DNA of 64,000 nucleotides from Bryobacterales bacterium (GTDB taxonomy: Bacteria; Acidobacteriota; Terriglobia; Bryobacterales; UBA6623). The notes under the pieces were generated by a model, which saw only the letters and a program-made list of their open reading frames with translations, ran no database searches and had not been told where the DNA came from. Position 1 is the stretch's first letter. Every line of letters starts with the position of its first letter. The position numbers and the translations under genes are program-made. The stretch lies in contig OY729427.2 in assembly GCA_963422375.2 (NCBI GenBank), positions 288,001-352,000 of the forward strand, written 5' to 3'. Positions 39,003 to 48,756 of this stretch are shown piece by piece.

Positions 39003-40448
39003 ATGAAAACCCGAAGAGCGTGGCCCGCGGTACTGGCGCTTGTCGCGGCGGCCGTGCCGGCGCTCGCGACGGGCAGGCCGAACATCGTGCTAGCGATCGC
39101 GGACGACTGGGGCTGGCCCCATGCCAGCGCCTACGGCGACAAGGGCGTCAGCACGCCCGCGTTCGACCGGCTCGCACGCGAGGGCGTCCTGCTCGAGAAC
39201 GCCTACATCTCGTCGCCGTCCTGCACGCCAAGCCGCGGCGCGATCATCACCGGGCAGCAATTCTGGCGCCTCGGACCGGCGGGGAACCTGTGGAGCGTCT
39301 GGCCGTCGACGTTTCCGGAATACCCGAAGCTTCTCGCGGCCGAGGGCTACTTCGTGGGCAGCTACCGCAAGGGCTGGGGCCCGGGCACCTATCCGGACAC
39401 CGCAGTCAGCCCCGCCGGCAAGATCTACGAGAGCGTGGAGGCGTTCTTCGAGGCGCGCCCGGCCGGCCAGCCGTTCTGCTTCTGGTTCGGCGCGAGCGAC
39501 CCTCACCGCCCGTACCGGAAGGGCTCGGGCGCGCGGAGCGGCGTCAATCTCGGCGACGTGCATCTGTTCGAGCACTACCCCGATGCCGAGGAGATTCGCA
39601 GCGACGTCGCCGACTACTATTTCGAGGTCCAGCGCTTCGACCGTGACGTAGGCGAGCTGCTCGACTTGCTGGAGCAGACGGGGGAGCTCGACAACACGCT
39701 GATCCTGATGACCGGGGATCACGGGATGCCCTTCCCGCGCGGCAAGGGGAACCTGTACGACTCCGGCGCTCGCGTACCCATGGCCGTGCGCTGGGGCGAC
39801 CAGGTGCCCGGCGGCCGCTCCGTGACGGACTTCGTCTCCACCACGGACATCGCGCCGACTTTCCTTGACGCGGCGGGCCTCCCCGTTCCGCCGGCGATGA
39901 CCGGTCGCTCGCTGCTGCCGGTTCTGTCTTCGGAAAAGTCGGGACGCGTCTCGCCGGACCGGGACCACGCACTGTTCGGCAGGGAGCGGCACGTGATCGC
40001 GCAGGAGGCTCCCGAACTCGGCGGCTACCCCTCCCGCGGCATCCGCACGGACGAGTTCCTCTACATCCGTAACTACGAGCCCGACCGCTGGCCGGCCGGC
40101 ACGCCCGACTACAAGAAGGCGCAGGAGCCGAACGCTTGGCTGGCTGACTGCGACAACGGCCCGACCAAGTGGTTCCTCTGGGAACGTCGCCATGATCCCG
40201 CGATCAAGCGCTACTACGAGCTGGCATTCGGCAAGCGCCCGGCCGAGGAGCTCTACGACCTGAAGAAGGATCCCGGGCAGGTCTCGAACGTCGCCGGCGA
40301 CCGGACGTACCTAGCCGTGCGCAAGGCCCTGGCGGTCCGGCTGGCGAGCGGCCTGATCGCGACCGCGGACCCGAGGATCGATGGCCGCGGGGCCATGTTC
40401 GACTCGCAGCCCTATCTCGGCGGCGCTCCCACATTCCCCAGCCCTTGA
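39003..40448 (+). CDS. Sulfatase (N-sulfoglucosamine sulfohydrolase-like), exported
   Basis: Signal peptide; PNIVLAIADD, CTPSR, DPHRPY, GDHGMPFPRGK, GRERH. Confidence 0.93.
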   Translation: MKTRRAWPAVLALVAAAVPALATGRPNIVLAIADDWGWPHASAYGDKGVSTPAFDRLAREGVLLENAYISSPSCTPSRGAIITGQQFWRLGPAGNLWSVWPSTFPEYPKLLAAEGYFVGSYRKGWGPGTYPDTAVSPAGKIYESVEAFFEARPAGQPFCFWFGASDPHRPYRKGSGARSGVNLGDVHLFEHYPDAEEIRSDVADYYFEVQRFDRDVGELLDLLEQTGELDNTLILMTGDHGMPFPRGKGNLYDSGARVPMAVRWGDQVPGGRSVTDFVSTTDIAPTFLDAAGLPVPPAMTGRSLLPVLSSEKSGRVSPDRDHALFGRERHVIAQEAPELGGYPSRGIRTDEFLYIRNYEPDRWPAGTPDYKKAQEPNAWLADCDNGPTKWFLWERRHDPAIKRYYELAFGKRPAEELYDLKKDPGQVSNVAGDRTYLAVRKALAVRLASGLIATADPRIDGRGAMFDSQPYLGGAPTFPSP

Positions 40449-40496
40449 AGCCCGGTCGGCACGCTCCCGCCCGCCGACCTGCGGCGGGCCTGTTTC

Positions 40497-41714
40497 CTAG
40501 ACGCCCTCCAGCCGCTTGGCCTTCCCGGGCAGGACGGCGATGCAGGCGGCGCCCGCAATGCCGATCGCGAATACGGCGGCCAGCGCCGCGTCGTAATCGC
40601 CGGCGCTGTCGTGCATGGCGCCGACGAAGAACGGCAGCGTAGCCTGACCCACCTGCCCGAACGGCCAGACAATTCCCATCACCCTCGCCAGCGAGCCCGT
40701 CCCGAACAGCTCGGCGGCCATCAAAGGAATCAGCATGTAGTTGGCGCCCAGGCCGAATCCGAAGGCCGCGCCGAATAGGAACGTCATCCAAGGCCGGTCG
40801 ATCACGTACAGCAGCGGCACCGGCAGCGAGACCAGCAGGTAGGCGGCGACCATCACCATCTTCTTGGGGTAGCGGTCCGCCAGCCAGCCCGTGATGACGC
40901 GGCCGGCCAGGCTCGACGCGAGGATGACGAACGTCGTGTCCGCCACCAGCCCAGCGGACAGGCCGGCGTCCAGGAACAGGAGCTTCATGTGCTGGTTGAC
41001 GGACCCGATCGCGGCGATGCTGAGGAACGATCCCACCGTCACGAGCCAGAAAGGCCCGAGCCGCAGAATCCGGCCGAAGGTCAGGGTCGCCGAGATCGCT
41101 TCCCGCGAGACCGCCGAGGCGGGCTCCGCGGCCAGCCCCTTGTCCTCGGGCCTGTCGCGCAGCAGGAAGAGCGCGACCGGCACCACCGAAAGGATTAGGA
41201 ATCCCATCACCTGCAGGGCGGCGCGCCAGCCGAATGCCTCGATCAGGGGCCCCGCGACGAACTTCTGCGACATCGCCCCGCCGAGCCCCAAGCCGAGGTA
41301 GGCGAGGCCCATGGCCTTGCCGCGGTTGCGGCTGAACCAGTTCGCCAGCAGGACCTGGCTCGGGACCGGGCCCGAATACACGAAACCCACCATGACTAGG
41401 CACCACGCCAGCCGGTAGAAGGCGAGGGAGCCCTGCATCAGCCCTAGGCAGTTGAAGGCCACGGCGAACGAGACCGCGCCGAAGACAATCAGCTTGCGGG
41501 GGCTGAAGCGGTACACCTGCAGGCCGCCCAGGGGCAGCACGAGCATGGTCGAGAGGAAAAATCCCGAGGTGGTCTCGGCGCGGTCCCAGCCGAATTCCGC
41601 GATGTAGTGGTCGTAGAAGAACGGCATGGCGTACATCGGCATGCCGACGGTCATCGCCAGAATGAAGAAGCACGAGCCGGCGACGACCCATCCGTAGTAA
41701 GGGCGTTTCGGCAT
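40497..41714 (-). CDS. MFS transporter
   Basis: About 12 TM helices; YYGWVV, WFSRNRGKAMG, GWLADRYPKK. Confidence 0.92.
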   Translation of the reverse strand: MPKRPYYGWVVAGSCFFILAMTVGMPMYAMPFFYDHYIAEFGWDRAETTSGFFLSTMLVLPLGGLQVYRFSPRKLIVFGAVSFAVAFNCLGLMQGSLAFYRLAWCLVMVGFVYSGPVPSQVLLANWFSRNRGKAMGLAYLGLGLGGAMSQKFVAGPLIEAFGWRAALQVMGFLILSVVPVALFLLRDRPEDKGLAAEPASAVSREAISATLTFGRILRLGPFWLVTVGSFLSIAAIGSVNQHMKLLFLDAGLSAGLVADTTFVILASSLAGRVITGWLADRYPKKMVMVAAYLLVSLPVPLLYVIDRPWMTFLFGAAFGFGLGANYMLIPLMAAELFGTGSLARVMGIVWPFGQVGQATLPFFVGAMHDSAGDYDAALAAVFAIGIAGAACIAVLPGKAKRLEGV

Positions 41715-41797
41715 GGGAGCCCTTCGAGTCTAGCCCAGCCGGCCTTCGGACCGGACGGTAGACCGCCTCGCGGCTGCTGGCCGCGATTGCTGGCCTC

Positions 41798-42400
41798 TCA
41801 GGGCGCCCGTTCAGCCATCCGGGTCTCGGCCGCGGAGCGATCCAGCGCGGCCTGCGCCTGCAGCATGCGCATGAATTCCGGCATGTACAGATGCTGGTCG
41901 AACCAGCCCCGGCCGCTGACCATGTTGCCCGAACGCACGCAGCCCTCGTCGACGAACGTGGCGCCGCACACCTCGACGTCGAACCGGCACTTCGGAATCG
42001 TGGCCATGCGCTTGCCCGCGATGACGTTCGCGGTGGCGACGATTTCGGCTCCGTGGCAGACGACCGCCACGGGCTTGTCTTGCTCGAAGAAGTGCCGCAC
42101 GATGCGGATCAGGTCCTTGTCGTAGCGGATGTACTCGGGCGCCCGGCCGCCGGTGAGGAACAGCCCGTCGTAGCTTTCGGGACTCACGTCCCGGAACGCG
42201 ACCGTGGCTTCGAGATGGTAGCTCGGCTGCTCGCGGGTGATGTCCCATCCCGGCGGAATCTCGTGCATCACCAAGGGGTAGACGCGAGCCTCGGGTCCCG
42301 CGACGACCGCCTCGTAGCCGTCCTCCTGGACCCGGTACGCCGGGTAGAGGGTGTCCATCGCTTCGGCGGCGTCGCCGATGGTGATCAGTACCTTGGGCAT
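41798..42400 (-). CDS. DJ-1/PfpI family protein
   Basis: MPKVLITIGDAAE, TGGRAPEYIR, AVVCHG. Confidence 0.92.
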   Translation of the reverse strand: MPKVLITIGDAAEAMDTLYPAYRVQEDGYEAVVAGPEARVYPLVMHEIPPGWDITREQPSYHLEATVAFRDVSPESYDGLFLTGGRAPEYIRYDKDLIRIVRHFFEQDKPVAVVCHGAEIVATANVIAGKRMATIPKCRFDVEVCGATFVDEGCVRSGNMVSGRGWFDQHLYMPEFMRMLQAQAALDRSAAETRMAERAP

Positions 42401-42579
42401 GGGAAGGCCTCCTGGCGCTCGCGCCGGCACGACGCAGCGACATTGTGGCACATTCGCCGTCCGCGCCGCCTTCCAACCGCCGGGGCTGGCTCCCGGGAGG
42501 CCCGGCGGGCGGCTTCCCGGAGCCCGGCGCGCCGATTCGTGCGACACTATGCGCACCGAGGGAGCCGAGCGCACTTCGC

Positions 42580-43530
42580 ATGCTGACATCCAGACGATCC
42601 TTTCTCGCGGGATCCGCGAGCCTCGCGATGGCCGGATGCTCCCGGACAGAGCCGGTAGCGACCGAATCCGAGGAGCTTCCCGTGGACGCGCCGATGCGCC
42701 TGTCCCTGTCGGTGCGCGTCGCGGAGTCCTTCTCGGACAAGCGCAACTCCGAGATGACAATCGACGAGCTGATCGCGCTCGCCAAGGGGTCCGGCTACGA
42801 GGCGCTGTGCATGCGCGCGTCGCAGGTCGGCACGCACACGCCGACCGAGACCGTCGCCGAGGTCCGGCGGAAGATCGACGCGGCGGGACTCGAGGTCTCG
42901 ATGGTCACGGGCGACTTCGCCGTTCCGAGCAACAACGAGGAAGGGCCGCTGCTGCTGCGGAACATCACCCCCTATCTCGACCTGGCAGACGCCCTCGGGG
43001 CAAGGCTGATCCGCGTGTGCATGAAGAAGGACGAGGACATCGAGTTCGCGCGCAGGTCCGCCGACGAGGCCGCCGAGCGGGGCATCCGCCTGGCCCATCA
43101 GTCGCATTGCGCCAGCCTGTTCGAGTCGGTCGCGGGCTCGCTGCGCGTGCTGCAGGAGGTCGGCAGGCCGAACTTCGGCATCATCTACGAGCCGGCCAAC
43201 TGGTTCATCGCCGGCGAGGACTACGGCCTCGACGCGATCCGCGCGATGCAGCCGTACCTGTTCAACTTCTACATCCAGAACCACCGGCTCAACCCGGAGG
43301 GCGTCACCCAGGTCCAGACCTGGACGAATGGGCCGGTAGGGGTCGATCACATCGGCGTCTGGGACGAGGGCGGCATCGACGTCGAGGGCGTGTTCGACGC
43401 CATGCACGCGGTCGGGTACGAGGGCTACCTGACGGTTCACCAAGCGTTCGGCGACGTGATGCCGGTCGAGGAGGCCGTGCGCAAGAGCTACGAGCGACTG
43501 CGGCCGCTGACGATGCGGCGGGGGGCCTGA
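42580..43530 (+). CDS. Tat-exported sugar-phosphate isomerase/epimerase-like TIM barrel
   Basis: SRRSFL plus MAGC lipobox-like motif; GARLIRV, LAHQSH, IIYEPAN, GYEGYLTVH. Confidence 0.85.
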   Translation: MLTSRRSFLAGSASLAMAGCSRTEPVATESEELPVDAPMRLSLSVRVAESFSDKRNSEMTIDELIALAKGSGYEALCMRASQVGTHTPTETVAEVRRKIDAAGLEVSMVTGDFAVPSNNEEGPLLLRNITPYLDLADALGARLIRVCMKKDEDIEFARRSADEAAERGIRLAHQSHCASLFESVAGSLRVLQEVGRPNFGIIYEPANWFIAGEDYGLDAIRAMQPYLFNFYIQNHRLNPEGVTQVQTWTNGPVGVDHIGVWDEGGIDVEGVFDAMHAVGYEGYLTVHQAFGDVMPVEEAVRKSYERLRPLTMRRGA

Positions 43531-43566
43531 GCCGCCCCGCCGAGCGAACCACAGGGAGGGAAGGCA

Positions 43567-44625
43567 ATGCCCATCGACCGAAGGGAATTCCTCATGGCGC
43601 CGGGGCTGGCGCTGGCGGCCGCGCCTGCGGCCGGCGAGGCAGGAGGCAGGATCCGCGCCGCGGTGCTGGGCACGCAGCACGGCCACGTCCGCGGCAAGCT
43701 GCAGGCCATGATCGACTCCCCCGACTACGAGGTCGCCTGCATCTGCGAGCACGACCCCGGCGTGCAGCGGACGCAAGCCGCGGACCCGCTGTACAAGGGC
43801 CAGAAGTGGGTCTCGGAAGACGAGCTTCTGGGCGACGGGTCGATCGACCTCGTCGTGGTGGAATGCAAGCCGTGGGAGGCCATCCCGTGGGGCCGTAAGG
43901 TGATCGAGGCGGGCAAGCACCTGCACCTCGAGAAACCGGCTGGCGACACCTACGAGCCGTTCAAGGAGCTGGTCGAGAAGGCGCGGTCCGAGAAGCTTCT
44001 GCTGCAGAAGGGCTGGGTGCTGCGCGGGCAAGCGGGCATCAACGCCGCCGTCGAGGCAGCCAGGCAGGGCTGGCTGGGCCACGTGCATCTGGTGCGCGCC
44101 ACGATCAACTCGGACCGGGACCAGCCGCAGCGCGATCTCGAGGCGCGCTACCCGGGCGGGGCCATGTTCGAGCTGGCGGGCCACGTGATCGACCGCGTGC
44201 TAGAGTTCACCGGCCGACCGAGCAAGGTCCACACCTGGCTGCGCCACGACACGGGCGTAGACGACAGCCTGAAGGACAACACTCTCGCCGTCCTCGAGTA
44301 TTCGGGCGGCCTGGCGCTGGTGTCCACCACGGCGCGGATGTACGGCTCCGGCGATCACCGCTCGTTCGAGGTGATCGGCACGGACGGCACGTTCATGGTC
44401 CAGCCGCTCGGCGGCCACTCCACGATGCGCGTCGCCATGCGTAGCGCCCGGGGACCGTACAAGGAGGGCTGGCAGACCGTGGATCTCGGCCCGCAGCCGC
44501 GCTACACCGCCGACTTCGCGGAGTTCGCCCGGGCCTTCAAGACCAAGACACCGCTCGAGTACTCCTACGACCACGAGCTGCTGGTCCACGAAACCGTCCT
44601 GAGGGCGTCCGGTGTCATGGCGTGA
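43567..44625 (+). CDS. Tat-exported Gfo/Idh/MocA oxidoreductase
   Basis: DRREFL, VLGTQHGH, AGKHLHLEKP, ELAGHVID. Confidence 0.92.
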   Translation: MPIDRREFLMAPGLALAAAPAAGEAGGRIRAAVLGTQHGHVRGKLQAMIDSPDYEVACICEHDPGVQRTQAADPLYKGQKWVSEDELLGDGSIDLVVVECKPWEAIPWGRKVIEAGKHLHLEKPAGDTYEPFKELVEKARSEKLLLQKGWVLRGQAGINAAVEAARQGWLGHVHLVRATINSDRDQPQRDLEARYPGGAMFELAGHVIDRVLEFTGRPSKVHTWLRHDTGVDDSLKDNTLAVLEYSGGLALVSTTARMYGSGDHRSFEVIGTDGTFMVQPLGGHSTMRVAMRSARGPYKEGWQTVDLGPQPRYTADFAEFARAFKTKTPLEYSYDHELLVHETVLRASGVMA

Positions 44626-44650
44626 CCCGAGGGGCGTCGGGAGGCAAGCC

Positions 44651-45787
44651 ATGCTCAAGAGATCCGAGACGTCGCGGCGGGCGGTCCTGCAGGCGGCCGC
44701 GATGGCCGTGCCCGTGGCCGCGGTGAGGGGCACGGCCGCCAACACCGCTCCCAGAGTCGGCCTGCTGGGCTGCGGGGGAAGGGGCGGCTCGCTCGCAAGC
44801 GCCCTATTGGAAGCCTCCGACGCGCGGCTGGTCGCGATGTGCGACCTGTTCGACGAGCAGATCGCCAAGGCCAAGAGCCGGATCGGCACGCAGGCGCCGC
44901 AGGAATTCCGCGACCTCCGGGAGATGCTCGCCGGCGACATCGACGCGGTGATCATCGCGACCCCTCCGTTCCTGCATGCGGAGCACTTCGAGGCCGCGGT
45001 CAAGGCGGGCAAGCACATTTACATCGAGAAGCCGGCCGCGGTCTCGGTCGAGGACTGCAAGCGGATCATGCGGGCGTCCGACGCGGCGGACCGCAAGCTC
45101 AACATCACCATGGGCTTCCAGCGGCGGTACGCCGCGACCTACCGGAAGGCCAAGCAAGCCCACGAGGCAGGCGCGATCGGGACGATTCGCATGGCCCATG
45201 CCCACTTTCTGAAGACCGGCCCCGGCGCGCGGTCGCCGACCGAGCGGGCGCCTCCGGCAACCGAGACGGAGAAGATACGCCGCTGGCACATTTGGAAGGA
45301 CCTTGCCGGCGACCTCATCGTGGAGAACAACGTCCACTGCATCGACATCCTGAACTGGTTCCTCGGAGGACACCCCGAGAGCGCGGTCGGCCGCGGTTCC
45401 GAGACCGCCGATCGCGCCGGGGACATGCGCGACAACAACACGGTCGTCTACGAATACGCGGACGGCGTGCTGGCTTCGCTGGCCGGATCCACGCTCGGCT
45501 CGAAGAACTACCGGGAGGTCCACGAGCAGTTCTTCGGTACGGAGGGCATGATCGAGACCTCCGAGCTCCGCTGGCGGCACTATCGCGGCCGCGGAGACGA
45601 GCTGGTCGAGCCGTCCAAGCGCAGCAACACCCTCGATTCGATAGAAGCGTTCGCGCGGCGGATTGCCGAAGGCACGCCGGAAAACACCGGCGTACGCGGG
45701 GCGGAGAGCACGCTGACCGCCATTCTCGGGCGGATGGCGATGGACGCCCGCGGCGAGGTGACCTGGGACGAGATGTTGGAGTCGTAG
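44651..45787 (+). CDS. Tat-exported Gfo/Idh/MocA oxidoreductase
   Basis: SRRAVL, GCGGRG, ATPPFLH, AGKHIYIEKP, GFQRRY, ENNVHCID. Confidence 0.93.
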   Translation: MLKRSETSRRAVLQAAAMAVPVAAVRGTAANTAPRVGLLGCGGRGGSLASALLEASDARLVAMCDLFDEQIAKAKSRIGTQAPQEFRDLREMLAGDIDAVIIATPPFLHAEHFEAAVKAGKHIYIEKPAAVSVEDCKRIMRASDAADRKLNITMGFQRRYAATYRKAKQAHEAGAIGTIRMAHAHFLKTGPGARSPTERAPPATETEKIRRWHIWKDLAGDLIVENNVHCIDILNWFLGGHPESAVGRGSETADRAGDMRDNNTVVYEYADGVLASLAGSTLGSKNYREVHEQFFGTEGMIETSELRWRHYRGRGDELVEPSKRSNTLDSIEAFARRIAEGTPENTGVRGAESTLTAILGRMAMDARGEVTWDEMLES

Positions 45788-45826
45788 CCGCCCCGACCGT
45801 GCGCGGGCGATTCGGACGCAGAGACT

Positions 45827-46783
45827 ATGAACCGGCGAGAATTCGCGGCGGCGCTGACCGGCGGCGCGGCTATGGCAGGCGGGTGCGGCCAGTCCCGCCT
45901 GCCGCAGACCACGCAGACAAAGGGCCTCAAGCTGTCGGTCACTTGCGACATGTTCCGGGGCCCCGGCCGCGGCCTGCCAGTCGACACCGCGGACCGCAAG
46001 GACCCCCGACCCGACCCCGAGGTTGCCTATACGCCGGACGAGGGCCTCGCGCTGGCCAGGAGCCACGGCTACGAGGGCTTCGAGATGTTCGACTGGCGCA
46101 ACGAGGAGGTGCGCGCCGCGTACGCCGCCGCGATGCGCGAGCACGGCCTCGAAGCCGTGTGCCTCACCGCGAACAAGGGCGTGCGCGCGCCAGGGTGCGG
46201 GCTGACGAACCCGTCCGAAAGGGAGGGCTTCCTCGCGGAGATCGAGAGCGCCTCCAGGATCGCCGCCGAGTTCAGCTGCCGGAGACTGGTGGTTCTCACA
46301 GGCTTCGAGCGCGAGGGCGTGCCGCGGGCGGAGCAGACGGACAGCTGCGTCGAGGGACTGCGGGCGGCCGCGCCGATGCTCGAGTCGGCGGGCATGACTG
46401 TCGTGATCGAACCGATCAATACCTTGGTCACCCGCCCGGGTTTCTTCCTGGCGGGGGGGCGGGAGGGCTTCGAGATGCTTCGGCGCGTGGACTCGCCCAA
46501 CGTCAAGCTGCTGTTCGACATCTATCACGTGCAGGTCACCGACGGCGACCTGATCCGCCAGATCCGCGACAACATCGACCTGATCGGGCACTTCCAGATC
46601 GGCGACCACCCCGGGCGCATGCAGCCCGGCACGGGAGAGATCAACTACCGCAACGTACTCCGCGCGATCTACGACCTGCAGGAGGCGGGCAGGTTCGACG
46701 GCTACGCCGGACTCGAGTACCACCCCAGCGTCACGCTGCCGCAGACTATGGCCGAAGTGCGCGAGCTCGCCACGTTCGCCTGA
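45827..46783 (+). CDS. Tat-exported hydroxypyruvate-isomerase-like TIM barrel
   Basis: NRREF, IEPIN, LLFDIYH, HFQIGDHPGR, PGTGEINY, GLEY. Confidence 0.9.
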   Translation: MNRREFAAALTGGAAMAGGCGQSRLPQTTQTKGLKLSVTCDMFRGPGRGLPVDTADRKDPRPDPEVAYTPDEGLALARSHGYEGFEMFDWRNEEVRAAYAAAMREHGLEAVCLTANKGVRAPGCGLTNPSEREGFLAEIESASRIAAEFSCRRLVVLTGFEREGVPRAEQTDSCVEGLRAAAPMLESAGMTVVIEPINTLVTRPGFFLAGGREGFEMLRRVDSPNVKLLFDIYHVQVTDGDLIRQIRDNIDLIGHFQIGDHPGRMQPGTGEINYRNVLRAIYDLQEAGRFDGYAGLEYHPSVTLPQTMAEVRELATFA

Positions 46784-47323
46784 CCTCGCGACCGTCACTG
46801 CCGTTCGCGCCCCGGCCGACCGGAGCTCGGGCGCCCGCTCCGACACGGACCTGCGACAGGGCGAAAGCATGGAAGTGCCGACCGCCCAGCATCGGACGTC
46901 TTGATGGAACGCGCCCGCCGCTTGGTTCGTCTCCGGTCCGAGCACGATGCGGCTTCGGAAAGCCGGATGGACGTTCTCGCTCACGCTCCCTTCGCATCCA
47001 TGGAACAGCTCGGGCAAGTGGTGATTGGTGGATCCAGAGCCCTCTTCTAACGCGGCCTCTAGCAAGGGGTACCCGTGCGTCATGACGCCATCGGATTCGT
47101 TTGACGGATCGCCCCGCAAGGCCATCCTGTCAAGACCTAGCAGGCAGTTCCCGGCAACTTCCCAAGATGCTTGATTCGTATCGAAGGCCCGACCGAGTGC
47201 CGAGACCCAAGACGCCGAATTCCTAAAGCTGCCCCGGATGAATCGTACGGCTATCGCGGACTTCCGTCGGACTAGGCGCGTCACGGAAGCGGCGGCCGGC
47301 TATCCCGCCGATGCCCGGCGCAG

Positions 47324-48751
47324 TCAGGCCAGCAGCTTCGACACCACCCGCCCCGACACGTCGGTCAGGCGAAAGTCCCGTCCCTGGTGGCGATAGGTCA
47401 GCCGCTCGTGGTCCAGACCCATCAGGTGCAGGATCGTCGCTTGCAGGTCATGCACGTGGACAGGGTCCTCTGCGGCGGCGAGCGCCAGCTCGTCGGTGGA
47501 TCCGACAACCTGGCCTCCTCTGATCCCGCCGCCCGCAAGCCACATCGAAAATCCGTTCGGGTGATGGTCGCGTCCGACCTTGTCGCCGACATGCTTCAGC
47601 TGGCCCAAGGAGGTGCGGCCGAACTCGCCGCCCCACGCTACCAAGGTCTCGTCCAGCAGCCCCCGGCGCTTGAGATCTTCCAGCAGCGCGGCAACCGGGC
47701 GGTCGGTAGTCTCGCAGTTCTTCCTGAGCCCCTCGTCCAAGTTCGTGTGGTCGTCCCACGAGGCGTGAGTCAGCATCACGACCCGCACGCCCCGCTCCAC
47801 CATCCGCCGGGCCAGAAGACAGTTCGTGCCGTACGCGTGGGTCGGCTCCTGCCCGATGCCGTAGAGGTCCTTGGTCGCTTGCGGCTCGTCCGCGAAATCG
47901 AGCAATTCCGGCGCCGAGGCCTGCATGCGGAAGGCGAGTTCGTAGCTGGCCATGCGCGAGGCGATCTGGCGGTCGCCGCTGCGCTCCAGGTTCTCCTCGT
48001 TGAGCCGTCGCAGCGTCTCGATGCTGAGCTGCTGGGATTGGCGGGACACCCCGTCCGGATTGGACAGGTAGAGGATCGGGTCCCCCGACCTCCGCAGGGG
48101 CACGCCCGCGTAGGTCGACGGCAGGAAGCCGCTCGAGAAGTTCGACGACCCGCCGCTCGCCCCGCGCCCGGAACTCAGCACGACGAATCCCGGCAGGTCC
48201 TGCGACTCGCTGCCCAGCCCGTAGGTCAGCCACGCGCCGACTGTCGGCCGCCCCACCAGCGGGCTGCCGCTCATGAGCATCGACTGGCCCGGGTGATGGT
48301 TGACCTGATCGGTCTGCATCGAACGCACCAGGCAGATCTCGTCGGCCACTCGCTGGAGGGCGGGCAGGTAGTCGCTGATCTCCGTCCCGCTCCGGCCGCA
48401 CCGCGAGAACTCGCGCGGGCTGGCCAGCACCTTCGCGGTCGGCTTGATAAAGGCCAGCTTCAGAGCCTTCGTCAGCGACGGAGGGAGGGGCTCGCCGTGC
48501 CACTTCTTCAAGCCCGGCTTCGGATCGAAGAGATCCATCTGGCTCGGAGCGCCCGCCATGAACAGGAAGATCAGGTTCTTGGCCTTGGCCGGATGGTGCG
48601 GGGGCCTCGCGGCCAGCGGGCCGCCGTCCGCAACCGCCGTCCGTCCTTCGGTTCCGACCAAGTGCGCCAGGCCCAGCGTCCCGAGCCCGGCGGCGCAGGA
48701 ATCCAGAAAGCTCCTGCGCGTCCGGACCGCGCGGTACGTTTCAAGTGTCAT
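47324..48751 (-). CDS. DUF1501 domain protein (Tat)
   Basis: TRRSFL, AKNLIFLFMAGAPSQMDLFDPKP, YGLGSE, SYELAFRMQ, GGEFGRT, GRDHHP. Confidence 0.93.
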   Translation of the reverse strand: MTLETYRAVRTRRSFLDSCAAGLGTLGLAHLVGTEGRTAVADGGPLAARPPHHPAKAKNLIFLFMAGAPSQMDLFDPKPGLKKWHGEPLPPSLTKALKLAFIKPTAKVLASPREFSRCGRSGTEISDYLPALQRVADEICLVRSMQTDQVNHHPGQSMLMSGSPLVGRPTVGAWLTYGLGSESQDLPGFVVLSSGRGASGGSSNFSSGFLPSTYAGVPLRRSGDPILYLSNPDGVSRQSQQLSIETLRRLNEENLERSGDRQIASRMASYELAFRMQASAPELLDFADEPQATKDLYGIGQEPTHAYGTNCLLARRMVERGVRVVMLTHASWDDHTNLDEGLRKNCETTDRPVAALLEDLKRRGLLDETLVAWGGEFGRTSLGQLKHVGDKVGRDHHPNGFSMWLAGGGIRGGQVVGSTDELALAAAEDPVHVHDLQATILHLMGLDHERLTYRHQGRDFRLTDVSGRVVSKLLA

Positions 48752-48756
48752 GGCAG

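Noticed and set aside
44804..47284. 826-aa minus-strand ORF and similar long antisense ORFs (42547-44184, 47387-48919, 57649-59271)
   Set aside because: Shadow frames of GC-rich genes on the opposite strand, with no motifs.
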